Source: a virus (taxonomy: Duplodnaviria; Caudoviricetes). Taken from it: DNA of 44,766 nt. Both the position numbers and the translations under genes were made by a program. Positions 27,801 to 37,125 of this stretch are shown here, one piece after another. Numbering within the stretch: position 1 is the first letter of the stretch; every line of letters begins with the position of its first letter. The notes under the pieces were generated by a model, which saw only the letters and a list, made by a program, of their open reading frames with translations, had not been told where the DNA came from and did not search any database. The stretch lies in the IMG/VR virus record IMGVR_UViG_3300011435_000021, positions 1 to 44,766 of that record; one strand, 5' to 3'.

Positions 27801-30800
27801 TAAGGCTGGCGGATACGGAGAGCCGTCAGACATTTTCGTCGTGTTCAAGCCGACGCAGATCAAATCCGCTGTCGGCAACCTCGGCACGTTCGACCCGTTG
27901 AGCGCGAGCATCCTGAATCAGCCTGCGTACCACGGATCGCCGCACAACTTCGACAAGTTCTCGACCGATGCGATCGGCACTGGCGAGGGCGCGCAGTCCT
28001 ACGGATGGGGTCTCTACTTCGCCGAGAACGAGGATGTCGCGTCAGGCTATCACTCACGTCTCGCCGGAAATCCGTCGATCATCGAACTGAAGCTAGGCTC
28101 GATGCGGATCGGACAGCACAACGGGCTCAACTACAGCAAGCGCGATAGCGAGAGCGATGTCGAGAACATTCGCGCATCGCTCGCCGAGGATTTGCTAATC
28201 GACGAGACGAAGCTGCTCGCGCACAAGGGCGACATTCAACAGTACGTCCTGAACGTGCTCGATGACAGAATCAAAAACTACTACGACCCTAAGACCGATC
28301 CGCAGATGATCGTCGCGGCGAAGAAACTCTACTCGATGCTGGATCGGCCTGACTCGATCTCGATCAAGCACGAGGAATCGCAGGGCGGCGTCTACAAGGT
28401 CGACATCGACGACAAGGTCGTCGCGCGCATGCTGGATTGGGACGCCAAAATCAGCGCGCAACCTGAAGCTGTGCGGAGTGCTCTTGAACGCATTGTAGCT
28501 GCTGGCAAGTCGGCGGACGCTGAAGGCGCGGCACGTCTTAAGGCTGACGCCGTTGCTGATGTCGGAGATTTGGCGAACGCGATGTTTGTCGGCGGCGCAG
28601 TGGCCGAACACATTTCACGCGATAGCACTGGCGAGCAATTATATGAGGCGATGGTGACTGCTCTGGATGGAGACAATAGGGTCGCGTCGTCGATGCTGTC
28701 CGCTGTTGGGATACCTGGCAACAAATACTCCGACGCCGACAGCAGAACATTGTCGTGGAAAGTTTACGACGCGAAAGGCAATGTTCTAGGGGCGTTCGAC
28801 AATCAAGGTCAGGCAGACAAGCACGCCGCATCTCAGCCGAAGAACATCAAGACAAAAATCGAATACGAAGGCACTCGGAACCTCGTCGTGTTCGACGACA
28901 AGGACGTGACGATCACGCACAAGGATGGCACGCCGGTAACTGCCGAGGAGCGCAAGCAGTATTTCCAGCCGCCCGAACAAGACTCGAAGCGCGGCTCGAT
29001 CACGTTCACGAACGGGCAGAATCGCAAGTTCAAGATCGATCTCCTCGAAGGCGCGGACCTGTCTACGTTCATCCACGAGTCAGGTCACTTCTGGCTCGAA
29101 GTGATGGGCGATCTCGTGCAGGAGCTTCGCGTCGGTCCCGCCGAGAAGTTGAACGAGAAACAGCGCAAGATGGTCGAGGACTACGACGCTCTGCTGAAGT
29201 GGATGGGCGTCGCCAGTCGCGCCGACATCAAGGTCGAGCAGCACGAGCAGTTCGCTCGCGCGATCGAGTCGTACTTCATGGAAGGCAAGTCGCCGAGTCC
29301 GGCGCTGCAAAACCTGTTCGCTCGCGTGCGCTCGTGGATGCTGGCGATCTATCAGTCGCTCTCTAAGCTGAACGTCAGTCTGACGCCGGAAGTGCGCGAA
29401 GTGTTCGACCGGATGCTCGCGAGCGATCAGGAGATCGAGGCCGCGCAAGCCGAGGCGAACGTCGTTCCGCTATTCGCTGACGACAAGACGCTGCTCGAAG
29501 CAGGGTTCACGCCGGAGTTCGTCGCCGCCTACCGCGACAAGGTGCAGAAGGCATCCGACTCGGCGAAGCAGCAGCTAACCGAAAAGGTCATGCGCGCCGT
29601 CACGCGCGAGCGAGAGAAGTGGTGGAAGGAACAGCGAGCCGCCGTCCGCGAGGATGTTGCCGCCGAGGTCAACGCCAGGCAGGAGCAGATCGCGCTGTCG
29701 GTCCTCACGCGCGACGTGATGCCGAACGGCGATCCCCTGCCCTACGACATGCAGCGGATCAAGATGAGCCGCGCCGAGGTCGACGCCATGTACGGCGAGG
29801 CGGCGTGGAAAACCCTGCCGCGCGGCTCTACGGCGACGGACGGCCTGCCACTGCAGGCGGTCGCCGACCTGTTCGGCTACGGCTCCGGCGACGCGCTCGT
29901 GAAGGCGATCCGCCAGGCGAAGCCAGCGAACGCCGTGATCGAGGCCGAGACGGACAGCCGGATGAAGGAAACGCACGGCGACATGCTGGTCGACGGCACG
30001 ATCCACGCCGCCGCGCAGGAGGCCGTGCAGAACGAGGAGCGCATGGCGGTCGTGCAGGCCGAACTGCGGGCGCTGGCGAAGATGCGGGCTGCTGCGGCCC
30101 CTGCCGTGGCTCTGGAACGCAGCCAAGCGAAGCAGGCTAGGTCTCAGGGAGTGCAGGCGCTGCGCGGAGCGGTCCCGCCGCTGGCGGCTGTGCGTCAGAT
30201 GGCGGCGGGCAGGATCGCGCTGACACGTGTCAGCGACCTGACGCCGAACACGTACCTCGTGGCCGCGCGCCGGGCGAGCCAGTCTGCTGTCGAGGCAGCG
30301 GCGAAAGGCGACTACGAGGTAGCTCTCAGCGCGAAGCAGCGCGAGATGATGAACATCGAGTTATTCAAGGCGTCGACGGCAGCGCGCGAGGAGGTCGACA
30401 AGACCGTCGCGTACATGCAAGCGTTCGGTGAAGGAAAGAAACGCGCTCGCATGGCGAAGGCCGGGCAGGACTACCTCGATCAGATCGATGGGTTCCTCGA
30501 TCGCTACGACTTCGCGCAGGTATCACAGAAGGCGCTAGATCGCCGGAAGAACCTTGCCGTATGGGTCGCGCAGAAGGAAGCGGCTGGCGAGCCGGTCAAC
30601 CTGCCGGACGATGTCGTCGTCGAGACTCGGACGAACTACAAGGACATGACGGTCGAGGAACTGCGCGGCGTTCGCGACAGCGTGAAGCACATCGAACATC
30701 TCGCCAAGCTGAAGAACCGTCTGCTGACGGCGAAGAAAAAGGCGACGCTCGACGAGGTCGTCGAGGAGATCGAGACCTCGATCCGCGACAACGCGACGAG

Positions 30801-32814
30801 CTACAAGGGGGTGAAGATCGAGAGCCGTCTGCCGACTGACGAGGCTCTGCGCGCGATCGATTCGTTCTTCGCCATGCACCGCAAGCTCTCGTCGTGGCTG
30901 CGTCAGCTTGACGGCCTGAAGGATGGCGGCGTGCTGTGGGAATACATCATGCGCCCGATCAACGAAGCCGCCGATCGCGAGGCGACGATGAACGCGAAGG
31001 CGATCAAAAAGCTCGCCGACCTGTTCAGCGTCTACAAGGACAAGGATCAGCGCGCCCTGTACGAGCGCCAGGCGATTCCTGAGATCGGCACGTCGCTCAC
31101 GAAGATGGCGCGGATCATGGCGGCGCTGAATTGGGGCAACGACGACAACCGTCAGAAGCTGATGGACGGCTACGGCTGGACGCAGGTTCAGGTCGAAGCC
31201 GTGCTCGCCGGCCTGGACGAGCGCGACTGGAAGTTCGTCCAAGGTGTTTGGGATTACATCGATTCGTACTGGTCACTGATCGAGGCGAAGGAAAAGCGGA
31301 TCAACGGGATCGCGCCGGAGAAGGTCGAGCGCAGTCCGGTCTTGACCCGATTCGGCGAGGTCGCCGGAGGGTACTTCCCGCTGAAGTACGACGATCGCCA
31401 GAGCGCGCAGGCGCACGGCAATCGGGTGAAGGACATCGCCGAGCAGCAGATGAAGGGCGGCTATACGAAGGCGACGACGCGGCGCGGCCACACGAAGGAA
31501 CGGGTGTCGAACGTGAAGCTGCCGATCCGCCTCGACTTCGGCGTGATCGACGAACACGTCAGCCAGGTCATTCACGATGTCACGCATCACGAGATGCTGA
31601 TCGACGTGAATCGCCTGCTCGGAAACAAGACCGTCAGCGGCGCAGCGATCGAGGTCTACGGCGACATCGTCTACAAGCAAATTCAGGGAGCGATCGTCGA
31701 CATCGCTGCCGGGAACATCCCTGCGGTCGGCGCGTTCGAGAAGTCGATCAACTATGCACGGACAGGAACGACGATCGTCGGACTTGGATGGAGCATGATG
31801 ACATCGCTGCTGCAGCCGCTCGGTCTGTTTCAGTCGATGGTTCGCATCGGTCCGAAGTGGGTCGGCAAGGGAATAGCCAGGTGGATCGGCGACGCGGCGC
31901 AGTTCGAGAACACGGCGCGATGGATCCGCGAGAAGTCCGAGTTCATGGCGAATCGCGGTCGCACGCAGCAGCGCGAGATCAACGAGATCAGGAACGAGAT
32001 CGGGATCAACACAGGCAAGCTCTCCGGATGGGTCGACCAGATTCTTCGGACGACTACGCTCGACACGGTGAATCGCCAGGCCGTCGCCGATTCGTACTTC
32101 TGGCTGATCCAGAAGGCGCAGCAGGTTGCCGACATCCCGACGTGGATCGGAGCCTACGAGAAAGCGATGGCTGATCCAGCGAACGACGAGGCCCGCGCGA
32201 TCGCGCTCGCTGACCAGGCAGTGCTCGACTCGCAGGGCGGCGGACAGATGAAGGACTTGGCTGCGATCCAGCGCGGCGGACCGCTGCTGAAAATCTGGAC
32301 GAACTTCTATTCGTATTTCAACGTCACGTACAACCAGTCGGTCGAGTCAATCAAGCGCACGAAGTTCTCGAACCCGATCCATCTCGGCAGGTTTGCGGTC
32401 GACTTCCTGCTGCTCTACACGCTGCCGGCAACGCTCGGCACGCTGATGAAGTCCGCGCTCAAGGGCGATGATGACGATCCCGAAAAGCTCGCGGAGAAGC
32501 TGATTCGGGAAAACCTGTCTTACATGACAGGGATGATGGTCGGTCTGCGCGAGGCCGGAAGCGCGATCCAAGGGTACTCAGGCTACGAGGGTCCGGCAGG
32601 CACGAGGTTCTTCTCCTCGATCGCCAAGCTGATCAAGCAGAGCGAGCAGGGCGAGACCGACGCCGCGTTCTGGAAGGCGCTGAACGACGTGGCCGGCATC
32701 CTACTGCACTACCCTGCCGGCCAGGTGCGGCGCACGGCTGAAGGGCTGGCGGCGCTGATCGAGGGCGACACGAAGAACCCGGCGTCTCTGCTGTTCGGAG
32801 CGCCAAAGCAGTGA
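24799..32814 (+). CDS. Giant internal virion / polyvalent protein (GNAT-like, two ART-like modules, HExxH metallopeptidase)
   Basis: 2671 aa in the gp16 position; FWRWFGDSKVVD..PLVVYHG; YHGSPH.F..F..IGTGEGAQ.YGWGLYFA; STFIHESGH..HEQFA. Confidence 0.88.
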   Translation: MNEYDELLTGASKPKNEYDAIVQDQAGNQNTVLRGSMRAASSMDPDQAAKVVKLSERLKLPTSVVERNFDSLSKKYDLSDSEYESLIRENPKLSSWLTDSANAAVARDDLPIMKRIENTFASFGRGWSKASTQGELADLLFKEVDSGIGPVERARRDKLKGDIKYMSEQDAGNGVPEYIASVTGYSARQMGTSLMVAGQGAGTGGAVGALAGAPIGGVGAAPGFVAGATAGALTASANYSYRMETGFAFDQFRDMRDVNDNPIPLDVAKNAARAVGVVNAVIESGSDVLLASLVPGFSKLTAGLGGEAAKRAVQQAAMDALKVPTRRAALMSAIGKMGGAGSIEGLEEFVQNLVTAGGREVAQGASGQTFKPDDITDDIRKASGEALDAAVGTFFTFAPVGGARFYQLHRQAQKAQEQEQFFLALGRGVQESKTFERLPEKMQDFINTTTKDGPVDKVYVPVEQWSTYWQNKGVDPARAAESVGVTTMYESAVQSGADIMIPMSTFATKIAPTEHGAFFASEARLAPDEMNAREAKELEATLAKEQQKADAETKAAQQAKVQAQDTDAVMTKLKDDIKAKLIAAGVEQRTAEDYAAAQEARFRQFADRAGISSEALFERFVKGDKLQVGSGETHGEGAQMMSQRARLTAVPSAGSRDDGQLQNLELRNAQGRVGEAQIHRTTYGDTPAWSIAFMGLDKEHQMRGLGLHAVDAVIEQIRTVDPQATHVTAEVMSQNIARLMIHRLGQPEMVSDDIREYTVDEALEKLPKLTPVEKDGISPAAGNRIFMAWPMPEQLDQSAIEETINVDGQDRPTTNSKGQPIAQTAEALQNFWRWFGDSKVVDAQGRPLVVYHGSPKAGFNEFQPNKKSKVEGSYFFTSKLPVAATYSGTQKEAIIDEVFGEETGPGVYSAYLKIDKPHEFYFDGANWDGQKDPHFDLINEDGDAFDSVYTIAEAQDAVDSGKAESYEAVDTLFTSTDAEVRAAIRMGDDGAVLRDVVDEGDKAGGYGEPSDIFVVFKPTQIKSAVGNLGTFDPLSASILNQPAYHGSPHNFDKFSTDAIGTGEGAQSYGWGLYFAENEDVASGYHSRLAGNPSIIELKLGSMRIGQHNGLNYSKRDSESDVENIRASLAEDLLIDETKLLAHKGDIQQYVLNVLDDRIKNYYDPKTDPQMIVAAKKLYSMLDRPDSISIKHEESQGGVYKVDIDDKVVARMLDWDAKISAQPEAVRSALERIVAAGKSADAEGAARLKADAVADVGDLANAMFVGGAVAEHISRDSTGEQLYEAMVTALDGDNRVASSMLSAVGIPGNKYSDADSRTLSWKVYDAKGNVLGAFDNQGQADKHAASQPKNIKTKIEYEGTRNLVVFDDKDVTITHKDGTPVTAEERKQYFQPPEQDSKRGSITFTNGQNRKFKIDLLEGADLSTFIHESGHFWLEVMGDLVQELRVGPAEKLNEKQRKMVEDYDALLKWMGVASRADIKVEQHEQFARAIESYFMEGKSPSPALQNLFARVRSWMLAIYQSLSKLNVSLTPEVREVFDRMLASDQEIEAAQAEANVVPLFADDKTLLEAGFTPEFVAAYRDKVQKASDSAKQQLTEKVMRAVTREREKWWKEQRAAVREDVAAEVNARQEQIALSVLTRDVMPNGDPLPYDMQRIKMSRAEVDAMYGEAAWKTLPRGSTATDGLPLQAVADLFGYGSGDALVKAIRQAKPANAVIEAETDSRMKETHGDMLVDGTIHAAAQEAVQNEERMAVVQAELRALAKMRAAAAPAVALERSQAKQARSQGVQALRGAVPPLAAVRQMAAGRIALTRVSDLTPNTYLVAARRASQSAVEAAAKGDYEVALSAKQREMMNIELFKASTAAREEVDKTVAYMQAFGEGKKRARMAKAGQDYLDQIDGFLDRYDFAQVSQKALDRRKNLAVWVAQKEAAGEPVNLPDDVVVETRTNYKDMTVEELRGVRDSVKHIEHLAKLKNRLLTAKKKATLDEVVEEIETSIRDNATSYKGVKIESRLPTDEALRAIDSFFAMHRKLSSWLRQLDGLKDGGVLWEYIMRPINEAADREATMNAKAIKKLADLFSVYKDKDQRALYERQAIPEIGTSLTKMARIMAALNWGNDDNRQKLMDGYGWTQVQVEAVLAGLDERDWKFVQGVWDYIDSYWSLIEAKEKRINGIAPEKVERSPVLTRFGEVAGGYFPLKYDDRQSAQAHGNRVKDIAEQQMKGGYTKATTRRGHTKERVSNVKLPIRLDFGVIDEHVSQVIHDVTHHEMLIDVNRLLGNKTVSGAAIEVYGDIVYKQIQGAIVDIAAGNIPAVGAFEKSINYARTGTTIVGLGWSMMTSLLQPLGLFQSMVRIGPKWVGKGIARWIGDAAQFENTARWIREKSEFMANRGRTQQREINEIRNEIGINTGKLSGWVDQILRTTTLDTVNRQAVADSYFWLIQKAQQVADIPTWIGAYEKAMADPANDEARAIALADQAVLDSQGGGQMKDLAAIQRGGPLLKIWTNFYSYFNVTYNQSVESIKRTKFSNPIHLGRFAVDFLLLYTLPATLGTLMKSALKGDDDDPEKLAEKLIRENLSYMTGMMVGLREAGSAIQGYSGYEGPAGTRFFSSIAKLIKQSEQGETDAAFWKALNDVAGILLHYPAGQVRRTAEGLAALIEGDTKNPASLLFGAPKQ

Positions 32815-32842
32815 ATCTGATAATCTTCCGTAGGGAGAAAAT

Positions 32843-35266
32843 ATGACGATCGGCACGACTTTTAGAAGCGACGCGAGCGGCAACGACGCAGCCACTTCAT
32901 ACCCTTACGGGTTCAAGATTTTCGCGGAGTCGCATCTCAGCGTTGTGGTTCGCAACGTGTCGAACGGCGTCGAGACCGAACTCGTTTACCCGACGCACTT
33001 CTCTGTCACTGGCGTCGGCGCTGCTGGCGGCGGCAATGTCGTTCTGCTCGACACGGACGGAGCCTGGCAGAACGCGAACGGAACTCTGAAAACTGGCTAC
33101 GCGATCTCGATACGCCGCGAGGTTCCTGTTAGCCAAGGCACAGACATACGGAACCAGGGCGGGTTCTTCGCCGACGTTCACGAGGACACGTTCGACTATC
33201 TGACGATGATCCTGCAGCAGCACGAGGACACTCTGCTGCGATCGATCCGATGGACGGAGAGCTTCGACCCTGATGACTTCGACTCGGTTCTTCCGACGCC
33301 GAGCGCGGGAATGGCGCTCGGATGGAACGCTACCGAGGACGGACTCACGAACCTCGTCAGCGTCGGAACGGTCGGCGTCAGCGCGTTCATGGAGACGGTG
33401 CTTGACGACACGACTGCAGCCGGCGTATTCACGACGCTCGGCATCAGCGCCGCTGTGCAGGCCGCGCTGGGCGAGGCGACCGGACCGCTGGCAATCAACG
33501 CTCTTGGCGGATCAGTTGTCCCATCTCCGAGGATGCAAGTCGGCGGGATGAATTTCAACGGGTCGACGACATATCTCGATGGCAATGCGTTGACCGGAAT
33601 CGCGGACGGAAAAGAGTTCACATGGTTCGGTACGGTGCGATTCGCGAACGCGGCATCTGCGATCGAAGTGCTGCACGACGCTACTGGAACCAGGTTCCAG
33701 ATCGCTCGCACGGCGACCGGCGAGCTTCAGGTTAGGGCGGCGAACTCTGCTGCGGTCGAGATTCTGAACCGGACCACGATCACGCTGCCGTGCGCGGCTG
33801 CAGGCACGTACCGAATTCTGCTGTCAGTCGACCTGACAGGAACCACTCCGATGGCGATGTACGTGAACGAGGTCGCGCAGACGTTCAATGCCGGCACGTT
33901 CACTAACGACACGATCGACTTCACGACGACGGAGCACAGCATCGGCGCGACCGTGGCGGGGGCGTCGTTCTTTACGGGTGACTTTTACACTCTCGCTTTC
34001 CTGACCTCCGCGCTGACGCTGTCGCAAGAGGCCGTGCGCCGCAGGTTCTATAGCATCGCCAACAACGACGACGAGTACATGGGCGAGTTCGGGGAGATGA
34101 CAAACCCATCCGGCACTCCGCCTGTGCTGTTCCTTGCCTACGATCGCGGCGCTGGCTGGCCGATCAATAAAGGGTCGGCGACAGGGACGTTCGTGCAGAA
34201 CGGAACGATCGCCACGGTATCGACCGCAACCATCTTCAGGCGCTTCGCCAGGCACGTCCACGGCGGCAACAACCTGATTGGCGGGACGATCGTTCACTCG
34301 CGCTCAGGTAATGCCGAGACGATAGCCGTGAAGCACAAGTCTGGAAACGATCCGTCTGCTCAGTTCCCGGTGTATGTCGTGATGCGCGACCAGGCTGCGA
34401 CCACTGGCGGCTACGTGCTTCGGCCCATCACGGCGGCGCTGTCCATCACCATCGCCAACACGTCTACGATGGGAATGGTCAACAGCATCGCGGCGCGCTT
34501 GTGGTCTGCGATATTCGACGACGCCGGAACTCTGCGACTTGGCGTGATTAACTGCCTCTCGACGACAGCGGGAGTGGGGACCGGAAGGGACGTTACCGCC
34601 CTCTACCCGCTCAAAGCGTTCGGCATTGCATCGAGCACTGCCGAGGGCGGCGGCGCTGCAGATAACGCGCAAGTGTTCTACACGACGACTGCAGTCTCGG
34701 CCAAGCCTTACACGGCGATCGGGTACGCGACATGGGAGTCCGGTCTTGCTGCCATCGGCGTTTGGGATACAGCGCCGTCTAGAATCCAGCTTTTCGGACC
34801 GGGCGTGCCGTTGCCTGGTGAAGTGATCCAGATTCAGCGCAACGCAAACGGGACAATGACAACCGGAGTCACGACAGTTCCGGGTGACAACACTATCCCG
34901 CAGATCACTGAAGGCGATCAGTACCTGTCGCAAGCAATCACGCCAACATCTGCGGCGAACGTGCTTCAGATCGAATCTGCCGCCGCCCTTTCAGCTTCCG
35001 GCGCAACGCCGACCGTTATCTTCTCGCTTCACAAAGGCGGCGTTAACAACGCCGTCGTCTCCGAGATGGTAACGAAAATTACTGGCGGTTTTTCCACTCA
35101 GCGATTGATCCACAAAATGCTCGCCGAAGTTACATCTGCCATCACGTTCTCTGGTAGAGCGGGGGCTATCGCTGCGGCGACAACCACGTTCAACGGCACA
35201 GGCGGCGTTCAGTATTTGGGCGGCGTCCTTAACTCATTCATCGAAGCGCAGGAGATCATGGCATGA
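32843..35266 (+). CDS. Tail fibre protein (T7 gp17-like anchor, LamG/ConA-like middle, distal domain)
   Basis: GGGAG SD; YPYGFKIF..ISIRRE..Q.TD..HEDTFDYLTMILQQ anchor; FNGSTTYL..IGA..FTG lectin-like segment. Confidence 0.85.
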   Translation: MTIGTTFRSDASGNDAATSYPYGFKIFAESHLSVVVRNVSNGVETELVYPTHFSVTGVGAAGGGNVVLLDTDGAWQNANGTLKTGYAISIRREVPVSQGTDIRNQGGFFADVHEDTFDYLTMILQQHEDTLLRSIRWTESFDPDDFDSVLPTPSAGMALGWNATEDGLTNLVSVGTVGVSAFMETVLDDTTAAGVFTTLGISAAVQAALGEATGPLAINALGGSVVPSPRMQVGGMNFNGSTTYLDGNALTGIADGKEFTWFGTVRFANAASAIEVLHDATGTRFQIARTATGELQVRAANSAAVEILNRTTITLPCAAAGTYRILLSVDLTGTTPMAMYVNEVAQTFNAGTFTNDTIDFTTTEHSIGATVAGASFFTGDFYTLAFLTSALTLSQEAVRRRFYSIANNDDEYMGEFGEMTNPSGTPPVLFLAYDRGAGWPINKGSATGTFVQNGTIATVSTATIFRRFARHVHGGNNLIGGTIVHSRSGNAETIAVKHKSGNDPSAQFPVYVVMRDQAATTGGYVLRPITAALSITIANTSTMGMVNSIAARLWSAIFDDAGTLRLGVINCLSTTAGVGTGRDVTALYPLKAFGIASSTAEGGGAADNAQVFYTTTAVSAKPYTAIGYATWESGLAAIGVWDTAPSRIQLFGPGVPLPGEVIQIQRNANGTMTTGVTTVPGDNTIPQITEGDQYLSQAITPTSAANVLQIESAAALSASGATPTVIFSLHKGGVNNAVVSEMVTKITGGFSTQRLIHKMLAEVTSAITFSGRAGAIAAATTTFNGTGGVQYLGGVLNSFIEAQEIMA

Positions 35267-35481
35267 GCCAAATTCGCGTCATCTACTCGACGGAACCGAT
35301 CTTCCCTGCGACCGATCAGCATCCCGATGCCGTTCGCTACAAGGTCGGCAAGCACATCGTCGACGCGATCGGCGGTGAGCCTACGATCGAGGAGATCGAC
35401 GCAGTGCTGAATCCGCCGCCGCCTGAGAAAGCAGTCGGCAGCATGACGCTAACGGAACTCAAGGCGGAGCTTGCCAAGTGA
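35263..35481 (+). CDS. Small protein after tail fibre (possible fibre chaperone)
   Basis: ATGA overlap, GGAG SD, PTIEEID motif. Confidence 0.65.
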   Translation: MSQIRVIYSTEPIFPATDQHPDAVRYKVGKHIVDAIGGEPTIEEIDAVLNPPPPEKAVGSMTLTELKAELAK

Positions 35482-35771
35482 GTGACGCCGATGTCACGGA
35501 GCCGCCGCGCCGCCGATCGAGCGACGAGCGCATCGACCATATCGAAAGAAAGCTGCAAGGGTTCCAGCTTGACATGGGCGAGAAGATGCTCGTCGTTGAG
35601 CGCAAGCTCGACGAGAACACCGCCGCGACAAAGGCGAGCGCAGAGACCGTAAGCGACGTGAAGAACATCCTCACGACGTTCAAGACTATCGGCACGTTCG
35701 CGAAGTGGGCCGGCTACATCGTCGCCGCCGTCGCCAGCGCGATCGCCGCCGTGAAGGGGATGCGCGGGTGA
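35478..35771 (+). CDS. Putative holin-like protein (coiled coil + C-terminal TM)
   Basis: Immediately upstream of lysozyme; hydrophobic C-terminus. Confidence 0.6.
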   Translation: MSDADVTEPPRRRSSDERIDHIERKLQGFQLDMGEKMLVVERKLDENTAATKASAETVSDVKNILTTFKTIGTFAKWAGYIVAAVASAIAAVKGMRG

Positions 35772-36247
35772 ACTTCAGGCAGCGCATTGCAGTCTCCCTA
35801 CTGACGACGAGCGCGGTCGGGTTCGTCGGGCTGATGGGGTACGAGGGCTACTCCGATCGAGCGATCATCCCGATCACCGGAGACGTGCCGACGATCGGCT
35901 TCGGCACGACCGAGGGCGTGAGGATGGGCGACCGCACGACGCCGCCTGAAGCCCTGGCTCGCGCGCTGCAGGACGTGCAGAAGTTCGAGGGCGCGATCAA
36001 GCAGTGCGTGAAGGTTCCGCTGCATCAGCATGAATACGACTCCTACACGCAACTCGCCTACAACATCGGGGCTGATGCGTTCTGCGGGTCGTCGCTCGTG
36101 AGGCGGCTCAACGCTGGCGACTACGTAGGCGCATGCGCCGAGATCAGCCGGTGGGTCAAAGCAGGAGGTCGCATCGTGCGCGGCCTCGAATTGCGCCGAG
36201 CGCGCGAGCGTGCGCTGTGCGAAGGCAAACAGACGGAGGTCTCATGA
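35768..36247 (+). CDS. GH24 lysozyme, probable SAR endolysin
   Basis: Weakly hydrophobic N-terminus then YEG..DVPTIGFGTT, AYNIG..FC.S.L, GL..RR..E..LC. Confidence 0.92.
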   Translation: MNFRQRIAVSLLTTSAVGFVGLMGYEGYSDRAIIPITGDVPTIGFGTTEGVRMGDRTTPPEALARALQDVQKFEGAIKQCVKVPLHQHEYDSYTQLAYNIGADAFCGSSLVRRLNAGDYVGACAEISRWVKAGGRIVRGLELRRARERALCEGKQTEVS

Positions 36248-36681
36248 ATCGACCGGCACTACAGCGCGGCTCTCTGCTGCTGATCTACGTTGTCATCGCC
36301 ATCTTCGTAGCCGCCGCTGGCGGCGCGATCGTCTGGAAATACAACAGCGCGGTCGAGAATGCCGTCAAGCTGGAAGGCGAGCGCGACGAGGCGCTTCGGG
36401 CGAACCAGGAACAGCTTGCCGACAACATGTGGCTTCGAGTCGAGAACACGCGCGTCAATGGCCTGCTGACGGCGCGAGAGGCAGGCAGGCAGGCCGCTGC
36501 AAGGGAACGAGGGGAGATACGTAATGCTCTTGAAAATGTTTACCGTCTCAACAGGGAGGCTCGTTTGTGGGGCGATCAGCCTGTGCCTGGCTCTGTCATT
36601 GACAGCATGCGGCTCAAACCTGCCGAAGCCCTCGTCGACAAAAACCCAAAGGGAGCTTCCGCCGTCAAGCCTGGTCGTTGA
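36244..36681 (+). CDS. Rz: i-spanin (Rz-like)
   Basis: N-terminal TM, coiled coil, W.DQPVP; follows endolysin. Confidence 0.8.
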   Translation: MNRPALQRGSLLLIYVVIAIFVAAAGGAIVWKYNSAVENAVKLEGERDEALRANQEQLADNMWLRVENTRVNGLLTAREAGRQAAARERGEIRNALENVYRLNREARLWGDQPVPGSVIDSMRLKPAEALVDKNPKGASAVKPGR

Positions 36682-36829
36682 GACCGCCGCGCCGGTCGAG
36701 AGCGTCGTACTGAACCGCGATCTCGTGAACCTGGTGATCGACTACCGGGCGGCGCTCAAGTCCTGCAACGACGACAAGGCGAGCTTGCGTATGTGGGCTG
36801 CGGGAGAAGCGGTCAAGACCAATCAGTGA
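36524..36829 (+). CDS. Rz1: o-spanin lipoprotein (Rz1-like), overlapping Rz
   Basis: Lipobox LTAC, Pro-rich segment, CNDDK..LR.W; GGGGAG SD. Confidence 0.82.
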   Translation: MLLKMFTVSTGRLVCGAISLCLALSLTACGSNLPKPSSTKTQRELPPSSLVVETAAPVESVVLNRDLVNLVIDYRAALKSCNDDKASLRMWAAGEAVKTNQ

Positions 36830-37125
36830 CGTGGATCGCCAGGCTTCATGCGCATCGAGCGAAGCTGATCGGCCATCTGCTGATTCTGACGTAGAGCTTC
36901 CATCAGCATCCCGCACACAGCTACCGAGAAGGCGCGCGTAGGCTCGAAGCAGGCCGGCATCTCGTTCTTCGACATCGACTCGATCATCGGCAGCGTCATC
37001 GCTTCCTTGATGCGCTGCATGTCGAGCGCGAACTCGGCTCGATCAGCGGAGCACTTCTCCGCCTGATTGCAGTTCGTCATCCCGAACTCGTCGAGCGGGT
37101 TCCCGCAGGTTTTGCAGGTCTCCAT
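36823..37125 (-). CDS. Hypothetical protein with N-terminal CxxC
   Basis: TGATG coupling; last gene of leftward arm. Confidence 0.6.
   Translation of the reverse strand: METCKTCGNPLDEFGMTNCNQAEKCSADRAEFALDMQRIKEAMTLPMIESMSKNEMPACFEPTRAFSVAVCGMLMEALRQNQQMADQLRSMRMKPGDPRH

Noticed and set aside
31131-32174. 347-aa same-strand alternative-frame ORF in the giant gene (also 2753-3523, 5932-6564, 14470-15258)
   Set aside because: Arg-rich off-frame composition while the main frame keeps good codon usage, the opposite of the 5181-5636 case.
32843-35481. Diversity-generating retroelement, expected by analogy to BPP-1
   Set aside because: No reverse transcriptase, and no template/variable repeat pair seen near the fibre 3' end.
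36823-36829. Terminator at the convergence of the two arms
   Set aside because: The convergent ORFs overlap by 7 bp and I found no hairpin with a U-tract.
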